Shown here in pieces: positions 20,196 to 29,610 of a DNA stretch of 64,000 nucleotides. The position numbers and the translations under genes are program-made. The notes below the pieces were generated by a model that was given only the letters and a program-made list of their open reading frames with translations, did not search any database and had not been told where the DNA came from. Source of the stretch: Puniceicoccales bacterium. Lineage in GTDB: Bacteria > Verrucomicrobiota > Verrucomicrobiia > Opitutales > JAIRKQ01. The stretch is taken from the NCBI GenBank assembly GCA_031268175.1, contig JAIRXR010000011.1:149229-213228 (forward strand), written 5' to 3'. Position 1 is the first letter of the stretch. Every line of letters starts with the position of its first letter.

Positions 20196-21473
20196 ATGCT
20201 ATCACTTGAAGATCTGCGCAGTAACACCGATGCCATAAAGAACGGCGTCCAAAGGAAAAAGTTTCGGTGTGACATCGACGGCTTCCTAGCAGTCGACTCA
20301 AGGCGCAGAGGTTGTATCGCGGAGTTTGAGGAATTGCGTGCGAAGCAAAACGCTGCCAGCGGCGGCGTGGCATCCTTTCCAAAGGGTTCTCCGGAGTTTT
20401 TGCGCGCCACTTCCGAGTTAGGGGAGCTGTCCGCAAAGGTGAAGGATGCGGAAGCAAAAGTCAGGGCAATCGGAGACGAATGGCAGGCGCTCTACTTGAC
20501 AATTCCCAATGTCCCACACGAATCCGTACCTGACGGTAGAACGGAAAAGGACAACGTTACCGTTTCGGAATGGAATCCGAGCGGAGAAATTTCCAAATTC
20601 GCGGTGGCACACTATGACATCCCGTGGTTTTCCAATGCCATAGATTTTCAACGCGGCACAAAGGTATCCGGCGCCGGGTTTCCTTTCTACGTCGGAAACA
20701 TGGCACGCTTCGTGCGTGCACTACTGAATTTTTTTCTCGACGAGGCGAAAAGCAACGGCTACGTCGAATGCCTGTGCCCGATTCTCGTGAATCCGGCGAG
20801 CGCCACGGCCACTGGTCAGCTGCCGGACAAGGAAGGCATGATGTACCGCGCCGCGCTCGACGATTTGTACTGCATCCCAACCGCCGAAGTTCCGCTGACG
20901 AACTTCTTTCGCGGTGAAATTTTCGATGAAAAAGATTTGCCTATTTTCCGCTGCGGCTACACGCCGTGTTTCCGCCGCGAAGCAGGAAGTTGGGGAAGGG
21001 ATGTTCGCGGATTAAATCGCCTGCACCAGTTCGACAAGGTCGAGCTGGTGAAGTTTGTCCATCCGGACGAAAGCTTAGGAGAACTGGAAAAATTGAGGGC
21101 GGACGCGGAAAGGATTCTTCAAAAGCTCGAAATTCCATACCGCGTGCTATCCATTTGCGCTGGTGACATCGGATTCGCACACTCGAAGCAATACGACATA
21201 GAGGCCTGGGCCGGCGGGCAAAAACGCTGGCTCGAAGTTTCCAGCTGCAGCAATTTTACCGATTTTCAGGCACGCCGCGGTGGAATAAAATTTCGATCAA
21301 AGGCTGGTGGTAAAGTCCGCCACGTGCACACGCTGAATGGATCCGGGTTAGCCATTCCCCGCGTATTGGCGGCGATTTTGGAAAATAACCTACAAAGCGA
21401 TCTTTCAGTCGCCGTGCCCTCCGCCCTCCGCCCCTACGTCGGCAAAGAATTTTTAAAATTCGCGGCACTATGA
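20196..21473 (+). CDS. serS: serine--tRNA ligase
   Basis: N-terminal coiled-coil arm plus class II aaRS core motifs (FRREAGS, GSGLAIPR). Length is 425 aa. Confidence 0.9.
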   Translation: MLSLEDLRSNTDAIKNGVQRKKFRCDIDGFLAVDSRRRGCIAEFEELRAKQNAASGGVASFPKGSPEFLRATSELGELSAKVKDAEAKVRAIGDEWQALYLTIPNVPHESVPDGRTEKDNVTVSEWNPSGEISKFAVAHYDIPWFSNAIDFQRGTKVSGAGFPFYVGNMARFVRALLNFFLDEAKSNGYVECLCPILVNPASATATGQLPDKEGMMYRAALDDLYCIPTAEVPLTNFFRGEIFDEKDLPIFRCGYTPCFRREAGSWGRDVRGLNRLHQFDKVELVKFVHPDESLGELEKLRADAERILQKLEIPYRVLSICAGDIGFAHSKQYDIEAWAGGQKRWLEVSSCSNFTDFQARRGGIKFRSKAGGKVRHVHTLNGSGLAIPRVLAAILENNLQSDLSVAVPSALRPYVGKEFLKFAAL

Positions 21474-21676
21474 CCACCGCAGCACCAGGTAAAAATTCAC
21501 AGCCTCGCAATATTTTTTCGACTATTTTCCAGTGCATCTTCATAGGAATATTCATTGCAGTCTTCGTGGCCTTGTTTGTTGGCGGATACAAAGAAGATCG
21601 CCGAAAAAAGGGCGACGCGGATGCCATTGAAATGTTTTTTCAACAATCGGAGAACACTCTCCGGCCTATTTCGTGA
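21470..21676 (+). CDS. small hypothetical membrane protein
   Basis: 68-aa ORF whose ATG overlaps the serS TGA (ATGA), with one TM helix (IFQCIFIGIFIAVFVALFVGG). No homology recognised. Confidence 0.3.
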   Translation: MTTAAPGKNSQPRNIFSTIFQCIFIGIFIAVFVALFVGGYKEDRRKKGDADAIEMFFQQSENTLRPIS

Positions 21677-21970
21677 AAAACCATGATTTGCAGGAAAAAT
21701 TGGAATACGCGAAATTCGCCGCTGATTTGATCATCAGGGGTTCCGCACACAGTGGCTTGAACCGGCACAGAATAAAGTATGAAGTTCCGCTACGCATCGT
21801 CCCAACGCGTACTTTGAAAATTGACCGATAAGGACCTAAAATCTCCGACGGAAGATATTTAGAGCTCCGGCGGACAGAGGACATCGTTCTCGCCCACATC
21901 GCATCCGACGGGAACGCGAATTGTTCAGCGGACAACGGGCAAGGATTAATTCGCAGATGAAGATGAGAGC

Positions 21971-21997
21971 CCCAAAAACAAAAAGGCAGGCAGCCTT
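21971..21997 (-). terminator. rho-independent terminator downstream of feoB
   Basis: Minus-strand hairpin AAGGC-ugccu-GCCUU (21983-21997) followed by UUUUGUUUUUGG (21971-21982), about 26 nt after the feoB stop. Confidence 0.5.
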
Positions 21998-22022
21998 GTT
22001 ACACTTCTTTCGAAAGTCGCCA

Positions 22023-23759
22023 TCAGCCGATGTAGGGCCAGCACACCTCCAAAATTCTCGTCAGTGCAGCTCCAACCGCTATGGAGAGAATGAATGTCCC
22101 GCACCACAGCGAAAGCGCTACCTTCCATCCCATTTCCTTTAGGATGACAATTATGGCGTTGATGCAGGGAACGAATAGGCTCACAACGACAGTCGCAGTT
22201 ACGATTTGAACATTTGTTAAAACTTCCTTCGCCATGTTCAGAACCCCAACGGATGCGAAATCCCTCCTTATGATGCCCATCACGAAAACATCGGCGAATT
22301 CCTTCGGTAAGTGCAAAAGATTTTCCACAATCGGAGCGAGTGCCGATTGCAATCGTCCGAGCATCCCGATCCTATGCAAAACGGCGATGACAATGGAACT
22401 TACAGCAAATATGGGCAGTGACTCCAGCAGAAAATGCTTCGCCTTATGGAACGTCTTTCTGCAGCAATTTTTTAGCGAAGGGATGCGAAGCGGGGGCAAA
22501 CTTTCAACGAACTTCGAGGGACTGCCCTTGAAAAAATAGCCCAATATTTTTCCACTGGCCACCATCAAAGTCAGCATCGTCCCGAGGTAGATGAACCACA
22601 CAGCGACGTTTCCCACGGATGCCAACATGGCAACGATAATTCCCTGCTGCGCCGCGCATGGAACGCATATTCCTATCATCGCCGTCACGATGATTCTCTC
22701 CTTTCGCGAGCCCAAAATCCTCGTCGCCATGGTCCCCATGGCCCCGCATCCAAATCCGAGCAGCGTTGGAATTATCGCCGAGCCATTTAGTCCAAGAAAA
22801 TTGTAGCCCTTGTTGGCCAAAGTGGCCAATCGCGGGATATATCCGGAGTCCTCCAGCGCGGACATGAATACGTAAAATCCCACGATCAGAGGGAACAATA
22901 TGCCGAACACCATCTGCACGACCATAGTCAGCACGCCGAACTCACCAACGAGTATTTCTGAAATCATACCATCGCCGAAACCGGCCATTACAATCTTTGA
23001 AACAAACGGCACGTACCACCTGTCGATGGACGCAAGCAGGTGGTCGACGACAACACCGGAAATGAATACGCCCAATATCTTGAACAGCGCGAACAGGATC
23101 ATGATCGCGATGGGCCATCCCACAATCGGGTTTATCAGAAGCCTGTCTATTTTTTGATACGGAGGCGGCACGACTACATTCGACGACATGCATCTGGCGG
23201 TGATGTCCTCCACCCTAGCGGCGCTGCAGCAATTCGCAAGCAGTGGGCAATGGCAGTGCCTGTGCACGGCGGAAATAATCGCGCGCATGATTTCATACCT
23301 GCCGATATTTTTGACCGCCACTGCCTCCACAACGTCGAGATTGAGCGACCTGGTAAGCTCTTCGAGGTCGATGGAAATTCCGCGTTTTTTTGCCTCATCA
23401 ACCTGGTTAACGACGAAGACCATTTTCTTGCGCGTGTTCAATAGTTGCAGCGTAAGAGTCAAGTCCCTGTCCAACGTCAAGGCATTGACGACGTTCACTA
23501 TCACATCCGCCTCTTCTATGCATTCTTTTGTTATTTTAGCGGCCGGAGAATCTTCGGAGATGTCGTAGATTCCAGGGCTATCTATGAGTTCCCCGAAATG
23601 CAGCTTGGTGCTCGCGAAGGCAACGCTCGTCCCAGGATAATTGCTGATTTCCGCGTATTTCCTGGAAAACATGTTAAAAATTGAAGTTTTTCCAACATTT
23701 GGGTTGCCGACGAGCACTATTTTGTACCTTTTTTTCAGCGCACAGCTGCCGCATGCCAT
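22023..23759 (-). CDS. feoB: ferrous iron transport protein B
   Basis: N-terminal G-domain (VGNPNVGKTS, DSPG) followed by a polytopic membrane domain. No feoA is seen adjacent. The track ORF runs to 23777. Confidence 0.85.
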   Translation of the reverse strand: MACGSCALKKRYKIVLVGNPNVGKTSIFNMFSRKYAEISNYPGTSVAFASTKLHFGELIDSPGIYDISEDSPAAKITKECIEEADVIVNVVNALTLDRDLTLTLQLLNTRKKMVFVVNQVDEAKKRGISIDLEELTRSLNLDVVEAVAVKNIGRYEIMRAIISAVHRHCHCPLLANCCSAARVEDITARCMSSNVVVPPPYQKIDRLLINPIVGWPIAIMILFALFKILGVFISGVVVDHLLASIDRWYVPFVSKIVMAGFGDGMISEILVGEFGVLTMVVQMVFGILFPLIVGFYVFMSALEDSGYIPRLATLANKGYNFLGLNGSAIIPTLLGFGCGAMGTMATRILGSRKERIIVTAMIGICVPCAAQQGIIVAMLASVGNVAVWFIYLGTMLTLMVASGKILGYFFKGSPSKFVESLPPLRIPSLKNCCRKTFHKAKHFLLESLPIFAVSSIVIAVLHRIGMLGRLQSALAPIVENLLHLPKEFADVFVMGIIRRDFASVGVLNMAKEVLTNVQIVTATVVVSLFVPCINAIIVILKEMGWKVALSLWCGTFILSIAVGAALTRILEVCWPYIG

Positions 23760-23918
23760 GTGTGTCTTCGGGTCCAAAGTGATGATTAAAAGGAATGAGT
23801 GTGGAGGGCTAAGGCAATGATAAATTCGAAAATTTTCGCTCCGAAATTTTCGAGATTTTTAAAATTTTATTTTTCCATTGAAATTTCGCGCCGTTCCCTC
23901 ATAAATACCGCCGTTTCA

Positions 23919-25439
23919 ATGGCCACGAGTCAACAGGCATCGGCAAATGCGTCAAAAAAAAACGCCATCTCTCCGGCCCGCGCGGAGAATTTTCCCGAGT
24001 GGTATCAGCAAGTAATCAAAGCCGCTGACCTGGCAGACAATAGCCCGGTGCGCGGATGCATGGTCATTCGCCCCTGGGGGTACGCCATCTGGGAGCTGGT
24101 GCAAAAGCGCCTCGACGCAATGTTCAAGGCAATGGGGCACCAAAACGCCTATTTTCCACTGTTCATACCGCTTGGGTACTTCGAAAGGGAAGCAAGGCAC
24201 GTGGAAGGATTTGCCAAGGAATGCGCCATCGTTACCCATACGCGCTTGCAGCCAGACGGCAAAGGTGGCTTGAAGCCAGCCGCAGCGCTGGAAGAACCGC
24301 TGATCGTTCGCCCGACTTCCGAAACCATAATCGGAGAAATGTTTTCAAAGTGGGTGCACTCGTACCGCGATCTGCCGCTGAAAATTAACCAATGGGCGAA
24401 CGTCGTGCGCTGGGAAATGCGCCCGCGAATGTTTTTGCGCACCACAGAATTTCTATGGCAGGAGGGGCATACTGTGCATGCAATCGGCGAAGAAGCCCAA
24501 AAGGAGGCGCTGGACATGCTCGAATGCTATAGAACTTTCGCGGAGAATTACATGGCGATGCCAGTGATCTGCGGGCAAAAATCGGAATCGGAAAAGTTTC
24601 CCGGAGCTGTCTCAACGTTCACGATCGAAGCAATGATGCAGGATGGCAAAGCTTTGCAGGCTGGCACTTCCCACTTTTTGGGGCAAAATTTTGCCAAATC
24701 TTCTGGCATAAAATTTGTCAGCGAAAGTGGACGCGAGGAATTCGGATGGACGACGTCCTGGGGCGTTACAACGCGCCTGATCGGTGGTCTGATTATGACG
24801 CACTCCGATGACGACGGCCTAGTACTTCCGCCGCAGCTGGCGCCGCTGCAGATTGTGATCTTGCCCATTTACAGGGAAGACTCCAAAGCGGAGGTCCTGG
24901 ATTACTGCAAAAATCTATTCTCTGAGCTATCGGAAATCGCATTCGGCGGCGAAAAACTACGTGTGAAAATCGACGATCGCGACATCCGCGGCGGTGAAAA
25001 ATCATGGGAATTCATAAAAAAGGGCGTTCCCATGCGCATCGAAATCGGCCCACGCGACATTCAAAGCGGGACGCTCTGCGTGTGTAGGCGCGATAGATCT
25101 CCGAGCGAAAAGGAATTCGTCGGCAGGAAGGAGTTTGCAAATTCCATCGGCGAAGTGTTGGGCGCCATGCAAAGTACGCTGTTCCAGCGCGCAAAAAAAT
25201 ACCGCGATGAAAATTCGCAGCGCGTGAACTCCGCGGATGAATTATTTGAATTTTTCAATGGCTGTAATCCGGGCTTTGCCTACGCGCACTTGCACTGCGA
25301 CGGCGCCACCGAGGAACGCGTGAAGAAGGATTTTGGAGCGACCATTCGCTGCCTACCGTTCGAAGAAACGGAATCCGGCACTTGCATTTTCACCGGAAAG
25401 TCGAGTGAGCAAAGGGTCATCCTGGCAAGGAGCTACTAG
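23919..25439 (+). CDS. proS: proline--tRNA ligase, archaeal/eukaryote-like type
   Basis: Class II core with a C-terminal Cys-rich extension (HCDGATEE...C) and no bacterial INS editing domain. The ATG at 23919 lies within track ORF 23799..25439. Confidence 0.85.
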   Translation: MATSQQASANASKKNAISPARAENFPEWYQQVIKAADLADNSPVRGCMVIRPWGYAIWELVQKRLDAMFKAMGHQNAYFPLFIPLGYFEREARHVEGFAKECAIVTHTRLQPDGKGGLKPAAALEEPLIVRPTSETIIGEMFSKWVHSYRDLPLKINQWANVVRWEMRPRMFLRTTEFLWQEGHTVHAIGEEAQKEALDMLECYRTFAENYMAMPVICGQKSESEKFPGAVSTFTIEAMMQDGKALQAGTSHFLGQNFAKSSGIKFVSESGREEFGWTTSWGVTTRLIGGLIMTHSDDDGLVLPPQLAPLQIVILPIYREDSKAEVLDYCKNLFSELSEIAFGGEKLRVKIDDRDIRGGEKSWEFIKKGVPMRIEIGPRDIQSGTLCVCRRDRSPSEKEFVGRKEFANSIGEVLGAMQSTLFQRAKKYRDENSQRVNSADELFEFFNGCNPGFAYAHLHCDGATEERVKKDFGATIRCLPFEETESGTCIFTGKSSEQRVILARSY

Positions 25440-25530
25440 ATTTCGGCCACCGCTCTTCGCCACACACGTCTAAAATCGGCTTGCAATGTGTGAAATTTTC
25501 AATCCGATCTACCCCGTGGCGATGGCCATT

Positions 25531-25607
25531 CGGGGCGTAGCTTAGCCTGGCAGAGCGTTACGTTAGGGACGTAAAGGTCGCTGGTTCAAATCCAGTCGCC
25601 CCGACCA
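25531..25607 (+). tRNA. tRNA-Pro, anticodon apparently AGG
   Basis: 77-nt cloverleaf folded by hand. The acceptor is CGGGGCG/CGCCCCG with a C1:G72 pair and A73 (bacterial tRNA-Pro identity elements). The D loop has GG, the T loop is TTCAAAT, and the anticodon stem TTACG/CGTAA encloses the loop TTAGGGA. CCA is encoded. Confidence 0.7.
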
Positions 25608-25673
25608 TCGGGTTTTGGAGCGTTCTCGCCGGCGTCGGATCACTTTGGCGTTGAAAATTTTGCCCTTTGGTCC

Positions 25674-26987
25674 ATGAGTTTACCCATGTCCACATTTCAG
25701 ACACTGCCGGGATTTAGAGAGTTCTATCCAGGAGACTGTGCCGTCAGAAATTTCATCTTCGACCACTTTCGGCGAACGGCGAAATCGTTTGCCTTCGAGG
25801 AATACGATGCCCCCATCATCGAGCCCATGGAACTGTTCACCGCAAAATCCGGCGATGAAATCGTCTCCCAGCTGTTCAATTTCGAGGACAGGGGCGGGCG
25901 ACAAATTTCAATGCGGCCGGAGCTGACGCCGTCGCTTGTCAAAATGATCGGCAATAGGGCGAATGCTATGAAAAAGCCGATAAAATGGTTCAACATCGGA
26001 GAACAATTCCGCTACGAGCGGCCGCAGAAGGGAAGGCTCCGCTCATTTTACCAATTTAATGCCGATATCATAGGAGACGATTCGCCGGGCGCGGACGCTG
26101 AAATCGTCGCCCTTGCCATTCAAACGCTGCGAAATTTTGCGCTGACGCGGAGCGATTTTCGCGTACGCCTTAGCGATCGCAAGCTATGGGCGGCATTTTT
26201 CGAGTCTCACGGCTTAGATGGCACCGATACCCAGGCCGCGCTGGTCGCAATTGACAAAAGCGAACGCGAAGGCGAGGCAAAGACGCTGGAAGCCGTGGAA
26301 AAAATTTGCCCATCCAACGCCGGGAAAATTTTCGAAGGAATTCAAAGGCTCAAAAATGTGCATTCGCCGCGGGACCTGGAAAAATTCTGCGCAACTTGTG
26401 AAAATTTAGCCGACGCTGCCAGCGGATGCGCCGAGTTTTTTGCACTGCTGAAGCGCATGGATGAGTTTGGCCTGTCGGACTTTGTGACCATTGATTTCGG
26501 CGTAGTCCGCGGCCTGGCGTATTACACGGGGTTCGTCTTCGAAATATTCGAAAATTCCGGCCAATCGCGCGCGCTGGCCGGAGGTGGAAGATACGACAAT
26601 CTGTTTGGGAAGCTCGGCTATTCCGGCCTGCCTGCCGTTGGATTTGCAATCGGTGATGTCACCCTGGGCAACCTCCTAGGCGAAAAAAATCTCATCCCGC
26701 CACTGCCAAGGGAAGTACGCTGCTTCATAGTCTACACCGAGCAGACGGAAAAAATTGCCATGGCGAAAGTGATTGCTCTCCGCGAACGCAACGTTGACGT
26801 TGACTATTGCCTAAGCCCCACAAGCTTTGGCAAACAGCTGAAAGCCGCTTCCCAAGTCGGTGCGAAATTTGCCATAATTTTCGGAGACGAAGAGGTGAAG
26901 GCCAACGGCGTAAAGATCAAAAACATGCTAAGCGGCGAAGAGAAGCCCGTTGAAATCAGCAAACTCGCGGAAGTGATTTCCCAATGA
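25674..26987 (+). CDS. hisS: histidine--tRNA ligase
   Basis: Class II motifs (FRYERPQKGR, GGGRYD), a HisRS-specific arrangement and a C-terminal anticodon-binding domain. Confidence 0.9.
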   Translation: MSLPMSTFQTLPGFREFYPGDCAVRNFIFDHFRRTAKSFAFEEYDAPIIEPMELFTAKSGDEIVSQLFNFEDRGGRQISMRPELTPSLVKMIGNRANAMKKPIKWFNIGEQFRYERPQKGRLRSFYQFNADIIGDDSPGADAEIVALAIQTLRNFALTRSDFRVRLSDRKLWAAFFESHGLDGTDTQAALVAIDKSEREGEAKTLEAVEKICPSNAGKIFEGIQRLKNVHSPRDLEKFCATCENLADAASGCAEFFALLKRMDEFGLSDFVTIDFGVVRGLAYYTGFVFEIFENSGQSRALAGGGRYDNLFGKLGYSGLPAVGFAIGDVTLGNLLGEKNLIPPLPREVRCFIVYTEQTEKIAMAKVIALRERNVDVDYCLSPTSFGKQLKAASQVGAKFAIIFGDEEVKANGVKIKNMLSGEEKPVEISKLAEVISQ

Positions 26988-27322
26988 CAGACTCCGAAGG
27001 CAGCATCGCGTGCGCCACTGAATATTTTTGGGATATTCTAAAGGGTGTCTACGATCCGGAAATCGGCGTAAACATAGTAGACTTGGGGATGGTTTACGCC
27101 GTGGATTTGAAGAGTGCTGACGGCGAAAAATTCGACGTGACCATCGAAATGACGCTGACTTCACCATGGTGCCCACTTGCAGACACCATAGCGGACGAGG
27201 TAAAAGCCGCGATTGGGAACACGGGAAAATGTTCAAATGTGGCCGTAAGCTTTGTCTTCGACCCTCCCTGGCACATCGACATGATAACAACCGAAGGAAA
27301 AATGCAGTTGGGCATATTTTAA
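26984..27322 (+). CDS. DUF59/MIP18-family Fe-S cluster assembly protein (SufT-like)
   Basis: VYDPEIGVNIVDLGMVY and TLTSPWCP motifs typical of the DUF59 family. Length is 112 aa. Confidence 0.65.
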   Translation: MTDSEGSIACATEYFWDILKGVYDPEIGVNIVDLGMVYAVDLKSADGEKFDVTIEMTLTSPWCPLADTIADEVKAAIGNTGKCSNVAVSFVFDPPWHIDMITTEGKMQLGIF

Positions 27323-27405
27323 TCCTTGCATAGGCATAAGTTTTTTGCTATTTTTTACAGAAATTTATAGATTAGTTGGAGCAGTTTAATAATTTAAGGA
27401 CGTAA

Positions 27406-27891
27406 ATGAGCAGCAGTAAAACAAAAGTTGAAGATGCGTTGAGCAATCTGGCGTTGCGGTTGAAGCTGGAGTCGTTGAAACTCAACGATCGCGACGAAAC
27501 CTATTTGCTATTTGATCAAAAATTTCACGTGACGTGTGTGTTTGACGAAGAAAAGGACGAATTCATTCTCACATCCATCGTCGGAGATTTGGCAAAAAAC
27601 TCGATTGAGGCCTACAAAAAGCTACTCAATGACAATTTTTTCTGGGCTGGCACGGCGGGGTCGCGCCTGTTCCTCGATCCCGGGAGCGGCGACGAACCGG
27701 ACACAATCACAATAAAGGAAACCATTCCCGTCGCAATGTTCGACGAGGAGCGGCTCTACGAGCGCATGGAAGATTTTGTGAACGCGGTCGAATATTGGAG
27801 CACTGAATATCCAAAATTGAGCCAGGGCGGTGGTGTGGCGGTGGCAGCTCCGCAGGTGAGCATCTCTGACTTCGGCATGATGAGCGCATAG
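27406..27891 (+). CDS. type III secretion class I chaperone-like protein (CesT/SycE family)
   Basis: 161 aa, acidic. The core ETYLLFDQKFHVTCVFDEEKDEFILTSIVGDL followed by LNDNFFWAGTAGSRLFLDP parallels the CesT pattern ([26 protein letters not shown] ... LNANLWFAENGG). Recognised from memory of the family, not by a search. Confidence 0.55.
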   Translation: MSSSKTKVEDALSNLALRLKLESLKLNDRDETYLLFDQKFHVTCVFDEEKDEFILTSIVGDLAKNSIEAYKKLLNDNFFWAGTAGSRLFLDPGSGDEPDTITIKETIPVAMFDEERLYERMEDFVNAVEYWSTEYPKLSQGGGVAVAAPQVSISDFGMMSA

Positions 27892-27905
27892 GCGTCCAAA
27901 TTTTC

Positions 27906-28505
27906 ATGTGTGCGTTGGTTGATTCGTGGTTGGTCGGCTTGAAGAGGGCTCCTATCTTGCATTCCGCGCGGCTGTTGCTACGCCCGGTGTGCGTCGGCGA
28001 CGTTGTGCACATTCAGAGCAGCATAGACGACAAGCGCGTGTGCGACAATCTGTCCTATGTGCCACACCCATACACAGTGGAAATGGCGGAAACCTGGACG
28101 CGCAACGTAAACTTCGGGATGGCCAATGGGTCCTGCTGCTACTGGACGATATGCGACCAAAAAACCGAAGAATTCATTGGATCGATGGGTCTGAGCATAC
28201 ACAATGAACAGGACGGTTGCGAAATGCACTACTGGGTGAACGCCGACCAGTGGAACAAGGGCTATTGCACTGAGGCCGCCAAGCGCACAATCGTGCACGC
28301 CTTTGAAGATATCGGAATGCACAGGGTATTCATTACGCACCGCGAAAACGGCCTGGCGTCGAAGACGGTGATTAAAAAATGTGGATTTGTCCTAGAGGGT
28401 ATCCTGCGGGACTCGCTGAAGCGCTTCGGCAAATTTGAAAACGTTGCAACATATAGCATGCTGCACGACGAATATCTTGCCATGAAAAAAAATGGTCTAT
28501 ACTAG
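27906..28505 (+). CDS. GNAT family N-acetyltransferase (RimJ/RimL-like)
   Basis: Acetyltransf_3-like layout with LLLRP near the N-terminus and an acetyl-CoA binding region (RVFITHRENGLASKTVIKKCGF). Confidence 0.7.
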   Translation: MCALVDSWLVGLKRAPILHSARLLLRPVCVGDVVHIQSSIDDKRVCDNLSYVPHPYTVEMAETWTRNVNFGMANGSCCYWTICDQKTEEFIGSMGLSIHNEQDGCEMHYWVNADQWNKGYCTEAAKRTIVHAFEDIGMHRVFITHRENGLASKTVIKKCGFVLEGILRDSLKRFGKFENVATYSMLHDEYLAMKKNGLY

Positions 28506-28511
28506 CGGCCG

Positions 28512-29597
28512 ATGAGACTGCTGCACCGATACGTGCTGCGACAGTGGCTGGCTACGTTTCTGTGTACGCACGCCGTGTTGACATGCCTCCTGCTGCTGGA
28601 GGATGTGTACAAAAATCTCGAATACTTTCTGAAAGCCAAGGTAACACTGGCGGCACTGGCGACGTACCATGCGTTTCTGGCGGCGTCGTTTTTTCCACTG
28701 ATTACTCCAGTGGCAATCTTCGTGTCAGTTCTGTTGTCCCTCGGCCAGCTGTATGGAAGGAATGAAATTACGGCGATGAAATCCGTCGGCATACACATTC
28801 TAGAAGTGTGCAAACCGCTTGCCGTGAGCACCGCGGTGCTCGCGGCGATCAATTTAATTTTCGAAGCCGCTGTGATGCCAGCAGCCACCGACTACGTAGC
28901 GGCATTTAGAACACGCACCGACGCAAAAATCGGCTACGCAACGGTTGCCAAGAAAATTGGGTTCTACAATCACCGGGACAACCGAATATGGTGTATGAAA
29001 AGCTTGGACAAACTGTCCTACGAAGCAAAGGATGTCCTCATCAGCTGCTACAACGAAAGCGGCCAAGAGGAGTTGCGCATACATGCGCAGGCGGCAAAGT
29101 TTCTTCCCGTGGAAAACTTTTGGCACTTTCAAAATTGCAGCCTAACGGCGTTCGACACTGGAACAGGATCGCCAAAAAGCGTTGACCTATTTACGGAAAA
29201 GGATTTCGAAAATTTCCGCGAACACCCAAAAATGATCATATCATCGCTGAAAAAAACGAGGGACCTGTCCTTTCACGATGTGAAAACTCTGCTGGAATAC
29301 GCCGGAACGGATTCCGTGGCGAACGCCTTCCGCGTGAGATTCCACGGCACATTCGCCAATGCTGCAAACTGCATAATCGTTATGTTTTTGGCAATTCCAT
29401 TCGCCGTAACCGGTGCAAAAATCAAACCACTCATCCGTACGGCAAAGGCGTGCGTGTTTTTGCTGCTGTTCCTCGTGCTGGACACGCTATTCGCGCTGCT
29501 TGGCAACGGAGGCGTATTGTCCCCAGCGGTTGCCGCCTGGGCGGCGAACGCCGTGATCCTACTTCCCATCGCGGGATTACTCCGCACAGCCATGTAA
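28512..29597 (+). CDS. LPS export ABC transporter permease, LptF/LptG (YjgP/YjgQ) family
   Basis: MRLLHRYVLRQ N-terminus, a layout of six TM helices with a central periplasmic domain, 361 aa. Confidence 0.7.
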   Translation: MRLLHRYVLRQWLATFLCTHAVLTCLLLLEDVYKNLEYFLKAKVTLAALATYHAFLAASFFPLITPVAIFVSVLLSLGQLYGRNEITAMKSVGIHILEVCKPLAVSTAVLAAINLIFEAAVMPAATDYVAAFRTRTDAKIGYATVAKKIGFYNHRDNRIWCMKSLDKLSYEAKDVLISCYNESGQEELRIHAQAAKFLPVENFWHFQNCSLTAFDTGTGSPKSVDLFTEKDFENFREHPKMIISSLKKTRDLSFHDVKTLLEYAGTDSVANAFRVRFHGTFANAANCIIVMFLAIPFAVTGAKIKPLIRTAKACVFLLLFLVLDTLFALLGNGGVLSPAVAAWAANAVILLPIAGLLRTAM

Positions 29598-29610
29598 AAC
29601 CGCCGCAAAA

